NCBI GenBank assembly: GCA_965552055.1
Contig: CBEVQO010000001.1
Span: forward strand, 224,001-288,000
Length of the DNA stretch: 64,000 bases
Origin: an uncultured bacterium
Lineage (GTDB): Bacteria; Hydrothermota; UBA3073; NMUJ01; CBEVQO01
Direction: 5' to 3'
The notes under the pieces were generated by a model. The model was given only the letters and a program-made list of their open reading frames with translations. It was not told the DNA's origin and made no database searches. A program made the position numbers and the translations under genes. This document shows, piece after piece, positions 30,673 to 40,323 of the stretch (its first letter is position 1; the number at the start of each line of letters is the position of its first letter).

Positions 30673-33207
30673 TTATGATACCTTTGCTTCATTTTTCAAG
30701 TCTTTCTCTATCTTTACTGCATGAAATTTATCTGTTTCATGCTTAAGTTTTACTGTAATATTGGAAAAGAAATCTTTCAGGTATCGCTTCACATCTTCTA
30801 TTTCTTTAAAAATGTAATTATTTTCGCCTATTAACCTTTCGTATATACTTTGCTCCTCACGCCCGCGTTCTCTTACTTTCTTTTCTTTTAACCATTTTTC
30901 GTCTCTATCGGTTATGAGAGTAATCAAAAGGTGCCCTTCTTTTATATACTTAAATTGCATTTCCTTCACACTTAAATGTAAGTCAAAATGGTCAGGTTGT
31001 AATGCTATAAATGCGGCATAGTCAACAAGAGCCTTGTAATTTTCTAATACCTCAGGTTCTCTTATTAATTCCTCTGATAATGGGAGTGAAGTAAGTTCAT
31101 TATTTTCAATTTTTTCAATCACATCGTTATAAAAGGATTTTACAAAGAGAGCGGATTCTGTTGGAGTTTTTGTATAGTGGTAAGATATGTTCTTTACTTC
31201 ACGAGCAAGTTTACGATATTGATATTCTTTATCGTTTTCGATAACTATCTTCTTAAGTTTGCTTTCAGTAATATCACCAACGCGGACTGTATGTATATCA
31301 ATACTGTCAACAAATCTGAAAAGTGCTGCAAGTTTTAAAAATGACCCTTTAATTTCTGGAGCTCTTTTTTTCAATATCTTTTCAAGAGTAAGAACATTTT
31401 CAGGTTTAGGCTCCTTATTCTTATAATAATCAACAGGTATCCTTCTATGAGAACCCCGAAGTTTTATATAACTTTCTTCATCTATAGGAGTATTGCTTTT
31501 ATGGTACATTACAAACAACGCAATCATCTCGCAAATGGTGAGTTTTTCTCTTTCTCTCCCATAAATAGCCTCAACAGCAGAAACATCCGAGAAGTCAAAC
31601 TTTTTGTAATAATCATCTTTACCTATAATATTAAAAACTTCAGGATATTTAAGTATTAACTCACCCGCTATATAACCATGATTGTCCCTTATGAGATGAG
31701 GCTCCCCATAATGTGAGGTACCTTTATGTCCTATGTCATGCAACCATATTGCCATGCAGAAGGAGTAAAGTAATTCGTCACTTAATTCTTTATTATCAGA
31801 ATCACAAAAGAAACCATCCTTACCTCGTCTCTTTAATAGCGGAATAATAATCTGATTTAAGTGATTCCAGTCGTTGAGTGTATGGTTAAATGCATGATCG
31901 ATCATATGATAGCATTTGTCACCGAACCATAATAGATTCTTTTTAAAATGCCAGTACCTTATATTTCCAAGCAAATTCCGGTAATATTCCTGTTTGTCAA
32001 AGTATTCCAATATTTTACCCATAGAGATTATATAATCCCATAAAACATAGGGAACCGAAAAAGTCTGATTTTTAATAATATAGTAATCGGCTCCAAATCG
32101 TATTGCCTCCCTTATAAGTGCAAAATCATCACTTATACTAAGAACAAAAGCAGGAATCTCGGGATAAACCTCTGTAAGCTGATGCAAAATCTTGAGTCCA
32201 TCGGGTTGACCGCTTTCAAGATACATGTCTACCAAGATAGCGTCAAATTTTTCTATATCCATCTCTTGGACTCCTGCATTTTCATAATTTTGAACTTTCT
32301 TGCATGGCAAATATAAAACTTCCTTTTTCTCTTTCCCTTTTCGTTTCTCAATTTCCTCAAGAAGCCATCTAAAATCTTTGATTTTGCCATCAAAAATATA
32401 AGTCTCAATCACAGGTTCAAATAGCAAAAATATCTCGTTTAATTTAACGTTCCCTAAGAAATTAAATCTTTCATCTATCTTTACTAAATCCTGGTCAGGT
32501 CGGTTATCTATCAGAAGTAATTTAATATTACATCTTGTAAGCGTAAGCCTTATCAGCCCAGCAAACATGTTTGCTAATTGTATTAAAAAATTAGCTTCAC
32601 CCTGTCCACTTGCATCGTGAACGATTTTTTCACGCCACTCTATTTCTGTATCAAAATACTTTCCCAGTTTGATGAAAACTTCCACCCACGATTTAGGTAT
32701 CTTTCCCTCTAATTGAGATACACTTTGGATTCTTTCATATATTTTGTTATTTAAAATATTTTCTAAATTCTCCTTAACTTTCTCCAATTTCTCCCCTATG
32801 AGATTTTTTGCATCTTCAATCATTAAATAATTAGGATTGAACGGAACACTTACATAACCTATAATCTCAGGAAATACTTTGCAGAAAAACCTGAATTCTT
32901 TTGCTTTCTCATATCTCGGCTCTGCAAAAATTATTTTTTCATTTTTAGATGGGTTAGATTCAAACCCGATGATATAAATAGGAAGAGGATTAGTAAATAT
33001 TTCTTCTATAACTTTCTCAATTTTAATATCGTCATTTGAAATATCAACTTCCCCATTTTCTTTGCATAACCCTTTACATATTTTCTCTCCCAAATACAAA
33101 ATATAGCATTTGCTATTTTTTAGCCGTCCTGTTCTGTGCAAATATCGGCAGAATGATTTACATATTTCTTTAAAAATATTTCTTATGAAATAGTCTGAGT
33201 TCAACAT
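30673..33207 (-). CDS. REC + HD phosphohydrolase fusion
   Basis: REC: LLIDN, ILVDMYL, DGLKIL, VLS, GADYYIIK. HD: DHAFNH, WLHDIGH, RDNHG, YH, FVDSID. Confidence 0.8.
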   Translation of the reverse strand: MLNSDYFIRNIFKEICKSFCRYLHRTGRLKNSKCYILYLGEKICKGLCKENGEVDISNDDIKIEKVIEEIFTNPLPIYIIGFESNPSKNEKIIFAEPRYEKAKEFRFFCKVFPEIIGYVSVPFNPNYLMIEDAKNLIGEKLEKVKENLENILNNKIYERIQSVSQLEGKIPKSWVEVFIKLGKYFDTEIEWREKIVHDASGQGEANFLIQLANMFAGLIRLTLTRCNIKLLLIDNRPDQDLVKIDERFNFLGNVKLNEIFLLFEPVIETYIFDGKIKDFRWLLEEIEKRKGKEKKEVLYLPCKKVQNYENAGVQEMDIEKFDAILVDMYLESGQPDGLKILHQLTEVYPEIPAFVLSISDDFALIREAIRFGADYYIIKNQTFSVPYVLWDYIISMGKILEYFDKQEYYRNLLGNIRYWHFKKNLLWFGDKCYHMIDHAFNHTLNDWNHLNQIIIPLLKRRGKDGFFCDSDNKELSDELLYSFCMAIWLHDIGHKGTSHYGEPHLIRDNHGYIAGELILKYPEVFNIIGKDDYYKKFDFSDVSAVEAIYGREREKLTICEMIALFVMYHKSNTPIDEESYIKLRGSHRRIPVDYYKNKEPKPENVLTLEKILKKRAPEIKGSFLKLAALFRFVDSIDIHTVRVGDITESKLKKIVIENDKEYQYRKLAREVKNISYHYTKTPTESALFVKSFYNDVIEKIENNELTSLPLSEELIREPEVLENYKALVDYAAFIALQPDHFDLHLSVKEMQFKYIKEGHLLITLITDRDEKWLKEKKVRERGREEQSIYERLIGENNYIFKEIEDVKRYLKDFFSNITVKLKHETDKFHAVKIEKDLKNEAKVS

Positions 33208-36200
33208 ATTACTTCGATATCCGGAAATGATTTACTGCACCACTCGTTCATAAATTCTTCTAATGTTGAATAACTATCCTGTGATCTTTGATCTTGATTA
33301 AATGGGCTTTGCACAATTATTTTACCTCCTTTACATGTAACTAAATAACAATCTTCAGATGGGATACCCCACTCTTTGATTATATCATTAATTTCTTTGT
33401 CTTCTTTTATTTTCTTACATAAATAACCGTCTTTTTCTAATTTTTTAATATCCTCCTCTTTAATATTTATTTCTTTATCAAAAATCAAAACTCTCTTCTT
33501 CTGGAAGAATTCTTTATTCAGTTCCTTTATTTCTTCTTCAAAACTTTTTACAAATTTAACATCTACATTTTTGCTCATTAAATAATTAATGCCTTTGTAT
33601 TTTATCCGTGGATTAGGGTCTGCACATCCTATATAAACTCTTTTTATGCCTTTCTCTATAATAAGGTCGGAACAGGATTTTTCTCCTTTAATATGTCTTG
33701 TGCAACAGGGCTCTAATGTGACATATAACTCACATTCTTTTAGGTTTATTTTCCTTTCTTCCGCTTTTCTAATTAAAATCTGTTCTGCATGAAGTTTTCC
33801 TTCCTTATGGGATTTAAGAATTACTTTTCCTTCTTTAACCAAAACTGCTCCTACTTTTGGATAATTTTTACCTTGAGAAATTATTGAGTATTCTGATTCC
33901 TTTACTGCTAATCTCATAAATTCTTTTATTTTATTTATATTGACCAAGTTCTCGAATATCTCACATATTACAGAAGCTGTAATGAGAATTAATATCCGTG
34001 GTAGCGGAGCCGATATTCGTTTTATCGGATTCACCTCGTCTTTATATTTTAATGCATTCAAAGATACATAAAATAGACTTATAAGATACTCCATTTCGTT
34101 TAATCCTGCTTCTTTCCCAAGAAGGTGAATTTTTTTCAAAAGCAAACATAAATCTTCTATATCTCTATTTCCACACCATACTTTATGAGCATGTCCTCTT
34201 GTTATTGGAGAAAAAAGTTTATACAGCAAATCTCTTTCGCACTCTATCCAGAACTTCACCGCTTCCTGCCATTTCTCATAAGTTCGTTCTCTATGCATAA
34301 TAGTATTATACAGAACATCGCTTATTATCATAAGTCTCAATTGTACCTCCATCTTTGTAAAATCATATGCCAGATGTCCCACCCCGGTATCGGCAAAATC
34401 TATTAACCAGAAATTATAACGATTATAAACATCTTTTGTCACAACAATATTCTCGGGCTGCAAATCGCCGTGAATCACTGAATAATGAAAAGTAATATTT
34501 TTTACAATTTCCCGAAACTCACTGTTTTTTTCAAACTTATGCTTGAACCAGTATATCGGATTTGGTAAAAATTCTCCAAAAATTTCATATCTATTTTCAT
34601 TTTCGTTTATCTTAATAAGTTCCTTTTCTTTTCCATTGTGTTCTTTAGGTATATCTTGATATTTACAAAACTCTTTTATTTTATTCTCAATTTCTTTAAT
34701 TTGCTTAATAAATGTTTTGTAAATCTTTGTAGCATCGGGAGCTTCATTTAATCTCAATGTTATCCTTTTACCCCTTCGTGCCAAAATGTGAGTGCATATT
34801 TCTCCCCGATTATCCTTAATTATAAAATTTGCACAAAATTTTAAATCTTTGTTTCTGTAATTGTTTGCTTTCTCCTCGTTATAAGGTTTTATTAACATTG
34901 CTTCAATCTCGTTTTCTTCTTTTTTTATTTTTTGCAACTCAAAAGTATAAATATCTCCTTCATCTTGCCATAATAAATCCATCTCTCCGTATGGCGGCAG
35001 AAGCTGGCGATAAAATTCCCGTATATCTTTATTTCCATTATTTTCTCCCACAATATTATGAATCGGTCTCAAAATTCTTCTATAAATCCATTCCACTGCG
35101 TTTTCAATTTTATTGAAATCCTTTTCTGACAAGACAAAATCTGTAAAACTCATTTGATTTTTAATTTCGTATGGAATACCTACCACGGTATAAGCAATCA
35201 AAGCTTTCTCCCTTAATGGAATAATAGGGTCTTCTATTCTTCCACAAAAATTATCGATGTAGCCTTTGATGTAAGTATCATAATTATATTTTTCTTTGTA
35301 TAATTTAGTTTTTGTATCTATTTTAATAATCCTGAATATTTCCCCTTTAGTTATCCCTTTTTCTTTTAATTGCAATCTAACGAGTCCGACCCATCCTCCG
35401 CTTTTACCGCTTGTAAATTTATAAATTATTTCTGGATTGCTTTCTTTACCAAACGCTTTTTTTGAAAACTTCATTAAAATTTCACGAATTTTATTCTCTT
35501 TGAACTCTTCTTCTTTTTCCTGTTTTTTTAAGACATAAAGGACTACCTCCTCAAGCGACCTTGGCAATTGATAAAAGAAATGTTTTTTAGGAAAATAGTA
35601 ATCTGCTCCTTCCCTAAAGGCAACATGTGCTATGTCTGCAAAATCTAATCGACTTAACATGATAATTAAAGGAAATTTATAAACTCCTCTAAATCTGGTC
35701 AAATAAGGCAATACTTTTTCTATACCCGCTAATTTGCTTCCATTGTTGGATTCGACAATATCCAAAAGTACAATGTCTATATCCGGAATCTTGTGAAGTA
35801 AATTTTCTATTTTCTTTTCGTCAAAAGTATCTTCTTTAAATACTCCTATTGGTTCTTCTTTAGATTTACAAAAAGTCCTGTTAAGGATCTCTTCTATTAT
35901 CTCAAACAATTTATTACCCTCAGTACTATTATCTTTTAGCTCATCATCTATTACGAGTATATTCCACCGAATATATTTATTACTTTTTATACTTTCTATT
36001 TCTCTTTCTTGAATCTTCGAAAAATCCCATTCTTTTTTGATAAAATAATCATGTCCATCCGTTTTCTTTTCTTGAATTGGAATAACCTTTTTTAATTCAC
36101 TTAGCCAGTCATTTTCACAAACATTTAATAACTTTATAAAATAAGAATTTACTCCATAAAAAGCATATTGCTTTTTAAAATTATCTGCGTTTTCCATGGT

Positions 36201-36509
36201 AAGTAAATAAATTTCTATTCCACATTCTTTGTTCAATGAATTAGAAATAATCTGTAAAATCCTATGAACAACATCTCTTGGTTCACCCAACTTATTAAGT
36301 TCTTCGACTCCTATTGCATCAATTATTATTTTATCTTCTATAACTGGATTCCTGAAGAAATCTTTAATACTTTTAATGGAGAAAGTGTGCTTTTCACCCA
36401 AACATTTATCATAATATCTGCGAAGAGATTCAGCCAGCTCTTTTACTTCTTCTTTTTCTTTACAGGAATGCAATAATAACATGCACTTTTTCATTTTGAC
36501 ATCTTCCAT
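33201..36509 (-). CDS. REC + APH/kinase-fold + Zn deaminase fusion
   Basis: REC: ILVIDDE, LLDIV, MLS, GADYYFPK. Kinase: SGKSGG, IIKID, HGDLQPEN, LIDFA. Deaminase: HAE, TLEPCC...SC. Confidence 0.8.
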   Translation of the reverse strand: MEDVKMKKCMLLLHSCKEKEEVKELAESLRRYYDKCLGEKHTFSIKSIKDFFRNPVIEDKIIIDAIGVEELNKLGEPRDVVHRILQIISNSLNKECGIEIYLLTMENADNFKKQYAFYGVNSYFIKLLNVCENDWLSELKKVIPIQEKKTDGHDYFIKKEWDFSKIQEREIESIKSNKYIRWNILVIDDELKDNSTEGNKLFEIIEEILNRTFCKSKEEPIGVFKEDTFDEKKIENLLHKIPDIDIVLLDIVESNNGSKLAGIEKVLPYLTRFRGVYKFPLIIMLSRLDFADIAHVAFREGADYYFPKKHFFYQLPRSLEEVVLYVLKKQEKEEEFKENKIREILMKFSKKAFGKESNPEIIYKFTSGKSGGWVGLVRLQLKEKGITKGEIFRIIKIDTKTKLYKEKYNYDTYIKGYIDNFCGRIEDPIIPLREKALIAYTVVGIPYEIKNQMSFTDFVLSEKDFNKIENAVEWIYRRILRPIHNIVGENNGNKDIREFYRQLLPPYGEMDLLWQDEGDIYTFELQKIKKEENEIEAMLIKPYNEEKANNYRNKDLKFCANFIIKDNRGEICTHILARRGKRITLRLNEAPDATKIYKTFIKQIKEIENKIKEFCKYQDIPKEHNGKEKELIKINENENRYEIFGEFLPNPIYWFKHKFEKNSEFREIVKNITFHYSVIHGDLQPENIVVTKDVYNRYNFWLIDFADTGVGHLAYDFTKMEVQLRLMIISDVLYNTIMHRERTYEKWQEAVKFWIECERDLLYKLFSPITRGHAHKVWCGNRDIEDLCLLLKKIHLLGKEAGLNEMEYLISLFYVSLNALKYKDEVNPIKRISAPLPRILILITASVICEIFENLVNINKIKEFMRLAVKESEYSIISQGKNYPKVGAVLVKEGKVILKSHKEGKLHAEQILIRKAEERKINLKECELYVTLEPCCTRHIKGEKSCSDLIIEKGIKRVYIGCADPNPRIKYKGINYLMSKNVDVKFVKSFEEEIKELNKEFFQKKRVLIFDKEINIKEEDIKKLEKDGYLCKKIKEDKEINDIIKEWGIPSEDCYLVTCKGGKIIVQSPFNQDQRSQDSYSTLEEFMNEWCSKSFPDIEVIC

Positions 36510-36512
36510 TTC

Positions 36513-36788
36513 TTAAAAATTCAATCCTATTACATCATCCACGAAATTTTCTTCTGAAAAAATGTAAGCAAGAACACCATGTTTATTTATTTTTACACAT
36601 TCCGGCGTATACTCCACCCCGCTCCTTCTGCCTTCAACCAATAAATTAAGCCGCATCAAGTTGCTTTCGGGGTCAAGAATATCCCTTCCCAGAATGGGAA
36701 AAGGTGCAGAATGAGGGTCGAGGAATATTCCGGCTTCGCCTTTGAATATTTTAAACTTTTCTCCGTTGCCGATTATCATAGTATCCAA
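36513..36788 (-). CDS. Retropepsin-like fragment lacking DTG
   Basis: ILGRDIL motif, no catalytic D[TS]G; overlaps the upstream small gene. Confidence 0.45.
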   Translation of the reverse strand: MDTMIIGNGEKFKIFKGEAGIFLDPHSAPFPILGRDILDPESNLMRLNLLVEGRRSGVEYTPECVKINKHGVLAYIFSEENFVDDVIGLNF

Positions 36789-37036
36789 ATTTTGTCCCTG
36801 TATGGTATTTTTATTATAATAGCAAATTTTATTCTATCACCGAGTTTTTGTTTTAGCTCGTCGATAGTTTTCCCGCTGTGAATCTCATCTCCTATAATTG
36901 CGACAAATTTACCGCGGTATTTTTTCCATATTTCAGCAGAGTGTTTGGCAAAGGTCTCCATTGATTTTTTGCCTATTTCAAATATTTCTCTGGTCTCATG
37001 ATCTAACTTAATTTCCCCAACATACTTCATAGCCAT
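36776..37036 (-). CDS. DUF5678-like small protein
   Basis: KKYRGKFVAIIGDEIHSGKTIDEL pattern. Confidence 0.6.
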   Translation of the reverse strand: MAMKYVGEIKLDHETREIFEIGKKSMETFAKHSAEIWKKYRGKFVAIIGDEIHSGKTIDELKQKLGDRIKFAIIIKIPYRDKIWIL

Positions 37037-37039
37037 AAC

Positions 37040-37870
37040 TTACTGCCCCTTTTTATCCTCATTTCCTTTGACATCGCTCTTTCCTGAGTATTCCTTCTTG
37101 ATTTCTTCCAATTTCCGCATCACATTACAGAACCACTGATGAAAAGGATTTTGCTCAGGATTTTCTGCCCATTTTTTGAATTTATCAATATCGAATTCAT
37201 TGGGTAAACCCAAATTTATGTTATCACAATTAAACATTTGTAAAATCGCTTCCTTCTTATCATCCTCCAATTTCGCTCTCTCTATTTCTTTTCTGGCTTG
37301 ATCACATAAATTTTTAAACCTATCTTTGGGTGATGTATTTTTAAATGCCTCATTATAATATTCCTCTGCCCATTTTTCTTTCGTCTTGCCTTGTGGTGGT
37401 TTAAAATCATTCTTCAACACCTCACAAATCCCCATCAAATCAATATCCATTGGCAGAAAAAGGTGAGCAATGCGGTGGAGAAGGAGGGTAATTTGCTCTT
37501 TTACTTTATTTTTTTTTAATTCTTCAATCACACTATAATCGCATTTTTCTATTCTATTTACTATTTCCCTTTCTGTAGTATGGAATCCCAATATCTCGAC
37601 ATTAATGTTTTCTTGTTGAGCAACTTCACACAATTTATTATAATTTTTGTCTCCTTCTCCTTTATGAATCACTATTATGTTTATATTTTTGTCTGTTGCA
37701 AATTTCAGGTAATAAGGAAATGCGTCATGATTTCTTTCTCCTGCAATGAAAAACCAGTTACCAACTTGTTTATATTCAATTTGTTTGTTATCCAGTATTA
37801 CTACTTCGCTATCTACTTTTATCTCATTGAATGTATTTGTATGAATAACAAGGACTTTTTCGGCATTCAT
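37040..37870 (-). CDS. Hypothetical protein coupled to the His kinase-like gene
   Basis: ATGA overlap; alpha/beta N-terminus; helical C-terminus with LLHRIAHLFLPMDIDLMG and NPFHQWF. Confidence 0.65.
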   Translation of the reverse strand: MNAEKVLVIHTNTFNEIKVDSEVVILDNKQIEYKQVGNWFFIAGERNHDAFPYYLKFATDKNINIIVIHKGEGDKNYNKLCEVAQQENINVEILGFHTTEREIVNRIEKCDYSVIEELKKNKVKEQITLLLHRIAHLFLPMDIDLMGICEVLKNDFKPPQGKTKEKWAEEYYNEAFKNTSPKDRFKNLCDQARKEIERAKLEDDKKEAILQMFNCDNINLGLPNEFDIDKFKKWAENPEQNPFHQWFCNVMRKLEEIKKEYSGKSDVKGNEDKKGQ

Positions 37871-40323
37871 TTTAACACCCCCCAAAATACTCTATATTTT
37901 TTCTCAAAAAGATCATCGGGTTCAAGCCCTCTCATAAAAACAGACCTGTCTATCAGTCGGCTATTCGCCCACAAGCATTTCTGTAAAATATCGTGACTTA
38001 GGGGTCTTGCTCTACCTGTAACTATTCTTACATATGGAGGTAAATTATCGGGTTCGATTTCATATAAATCTTGTCTAACATCCAACATTCCCAAATGGAA
38101 TACTACACAATCGTAATTTTTTAAGTCAGGGAAACTGTCTTTATTTTCGGGAATGATAAAAATATTAATTTTTTCCAAATCTTTTAAACTTCCTTGAAAC
38201 TTATCATACAATTCATTATCGATTATTAAAATCTTGAAAGCCAAAATAGAACATATTTCTAAACCAACTATTTTCTTCTTGCAATCATCCGCATTTTTTA
38301 AATAACAATTCTCTTCCTTCCTCCCAAAATATCTACATATTCTATAAGTGGGGTCGTGTGAAAAGGTCAATTTTCTAACATTTTTGTGATTACATTCACG
38401 CGGATGACAAAAATGGAATTCTAAATTATTAGATTTTTTACAATCAATAAGCTGTTCTATTTTCCTCCAGTATTCCATTTGCCAGCCTTTTTTTTGACTA
38501 TTTTCACAGACTTCACAGAATTTTATTTCTATACCTCTATCTTTAAATATTTTATCCCACCATTTTTCAAGCAATAAACAATACTTTTCTTGTTCATTCT
38601 TACATTTACTATATTCATCTTCTTCAATGAAAATACTCCTTCTTTTAATCCAATTTAACCACTTTTTCCATTTATCGTCTAACTGTAGATTTTCCTCTTT
38701 CCCAATCCAGCATATTCTTTGTGGTAAAACACTCCAATTTTGTAAAATAAAGAAACTATCAGAAGGATTAACAACCAGAAAATCTGGTTTTACTTCTTTG
38801 CCTGCTTTAATTCTCTCAATTGTATTTTTATCTCCTTCACTCACATATTTTGCCAGTGGTATTTTAAATTCGTAACTAATGCCATTACCATCTTTAATAG
38901 CCTTTAATTCTCCACCTGCCAACCCCAGCGTTCGCCCGATTAACATATTTGCACATATACGCATCTCCTTTATTCCGGGGTTTTCGAAATCGGTTTTGCC
39001 CTGCTCATCAATTATTTTGCTATTTTCTATAATATTGTTTATTTTTCTTACTATATCACCACTATTATCAACAACATAATTGGATTTAATCCAAACGCGT
39101 GCAAACTTATTTTCTTTTTTAACGGAAAATTTTATGGTAGGGCCTCTTTCTTTATTTTTAGAAGGAGGTTTACAATGTTTCAATACATTTCTTACATAGT
39201 TTTCAAAAATAATGTAAATAGCATGGACGCCTATTTCTCCATATCCCGGGCTTACAATCAATTCATCGTCACATTCGGGTTTGTCTATTATAACAAGCTC
39301 CCTACCACTTGCCTTTGCAAAAAAATTTACAAAAAGTTTCACTCCTTCATCTGCTTTTTTATATCCTTCGACAGTTTGCAGATATTCTAGTGCATTTTTT
39401 AAATTAACCTTACCTTCACAAATAGGGTCGTATACATTGATGATATTAAGTAAAGCAGTTTTTTCATTTATGTATTGCAGATATTTTTCAACGCCATCTG
39501 GGTTATTTTGGAGTTCATTCTTCGTTAATCGGGGAATTACATGTGAGCCGTGATGATGTGTAAAATTTCGTATCATTATAGCGGCGACAGCCGAGCGGAG
39601 AGCATAGCGAGTTAGATTAAACTTTTCATAGCGATAAATTTCTAAAGAAAGTCTGTCTATAAAAAAAGGCAGTGCGAGTCTTCTTATTTCTTCCACTTGT
39701 TCTCGCATTAGACATTCATTAATTGCAAACTCTATACCTCCTACTCCTAGCTCTTTAAAGAATGGAATATGATAGATGTATAAAACTTCATTGGATTTAA
39801 TCTCAAGCCATTCTCTCAATTTGATAGTATAATAGAAGTACACATATTCAAAGTCCTCTTCCTTATACTTATCGAAATTTTCTTCAAAACCTAACCATTT
39901 AAGAAATTTTTCTACTTGATTTCTAAAATCTTCAATATCTTCAGGGAATTCAAAACAACGCACATCAGGAAATTTTTTAGCTTTACCTGATATCAGACAA
40001 ACAGGTTCTTTTAAATATTTAGGAGGTAGATAAAAGATACGCAAAAAACCAAAGCGTTTTTTAAGGGCACTTTTTATTACTTTTTCTGGTAGCCGTTTTC
40101 TCCTTAAATACTCTTCAAATTCTTTTTCAAATTTGATATTAAACGAAGATGTGTCTTCCTCCTTAAACTTGCCATTCTTAGTTCGTATAAAGTTTTTAGA
40201 ATAAGATAAGTCAAAATCTCCTTTTTCTTCATTAAACATAGCAAAAAAGAACGCTATAGAACACGCAATATTTTTCGACCCTAGTTCGCTTTGTAATCTT
40301 TCAATAAACGCTAACTCTTCCAT
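37867..40323 (-). CDS. Atypical soluble histidine kinase-like (GHKL) protein with C-terminal REC-like region
   Basis: SAVAAIMIRNFTHHHGSH putative H-box; FENYVRNVLKH N-box; PGIKEM; C-terminal ILIIDNE...VTGR; no transmembrane helix. Confidence 0.7.
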   Translation of the reverse strand: MEELAFIERLQSELGSKNIACSIAFFFAMFNEEKGDFDLSYSKNFIRTKNGKFKEEDTSSFNIKFEKEFEEYLRRKRLPEKVIKSALKKRFGFLRIFYLPPKYLKEPVCLISGKAKKFPDVRCFEFPEDIEDFRNQVEKFLKWLGFEENFDKYKEEDFEYVYFYYTIKLREWLEIKSNEVLYIYHIPFFKELGVGGIEFAINECLMREQVEEIRRLALPFFIDRLSLEIYRYEKFNLTRYALRSAVAAIMIRNFTHHHGSHVIPRLTKNELQNNPDGVEKYLQYINEKTALLNIINVYDPICEGKVNLKNALEYLQTVEGYKKADEGVKLFVNFFAKASGRELVIIDKPECDDELIVSPGYGEIGVHAIYIIFENYVRNVLKHCKPPSKNKERGPTIKFSVKKENKFARVWIKSNYVVDNSGDIVRKINNIIENSKIIDEQGKTDFENPGIKEMRICANMLIGRTLGLAGGELKAIKDGNGISYEFKIPLAKYVSEGDKNTIERIKAGKEVKPDFLVVNPSDSFFILQNWSVLPQRICWIGKEENLQLDDKWKKWLNWIKRRSIFIEEDEYSKCKNEQEKYCLLLEKWWDKIFKDRGIEIKFCEVCENSQKKGWQMEYWRKIEQLIDCKKSNNLEFHFCHPRECNHKNVRKLTFSHDPTYRICRYFGRKEENCYLKNADDCKKKIVGLEICSILAFKILIIDNELYDKFQGSLKDLEKINIFIIPENKDSFPDLKNYDCVVFHLGMLDVRQDLYEIEPDNLPPYVRIVTGRARPLSHDILQKCLWANSRLIDRSVFMRGLEPDDLFEKKYRVFWGVLK

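Noticed and set aside
33480..33930. ribD (riboflavin biosynthesis) call for the deaminase domain
   Set aside because: No reductase domain and no rib genes nearby; the domain is fused to REC-kinase.
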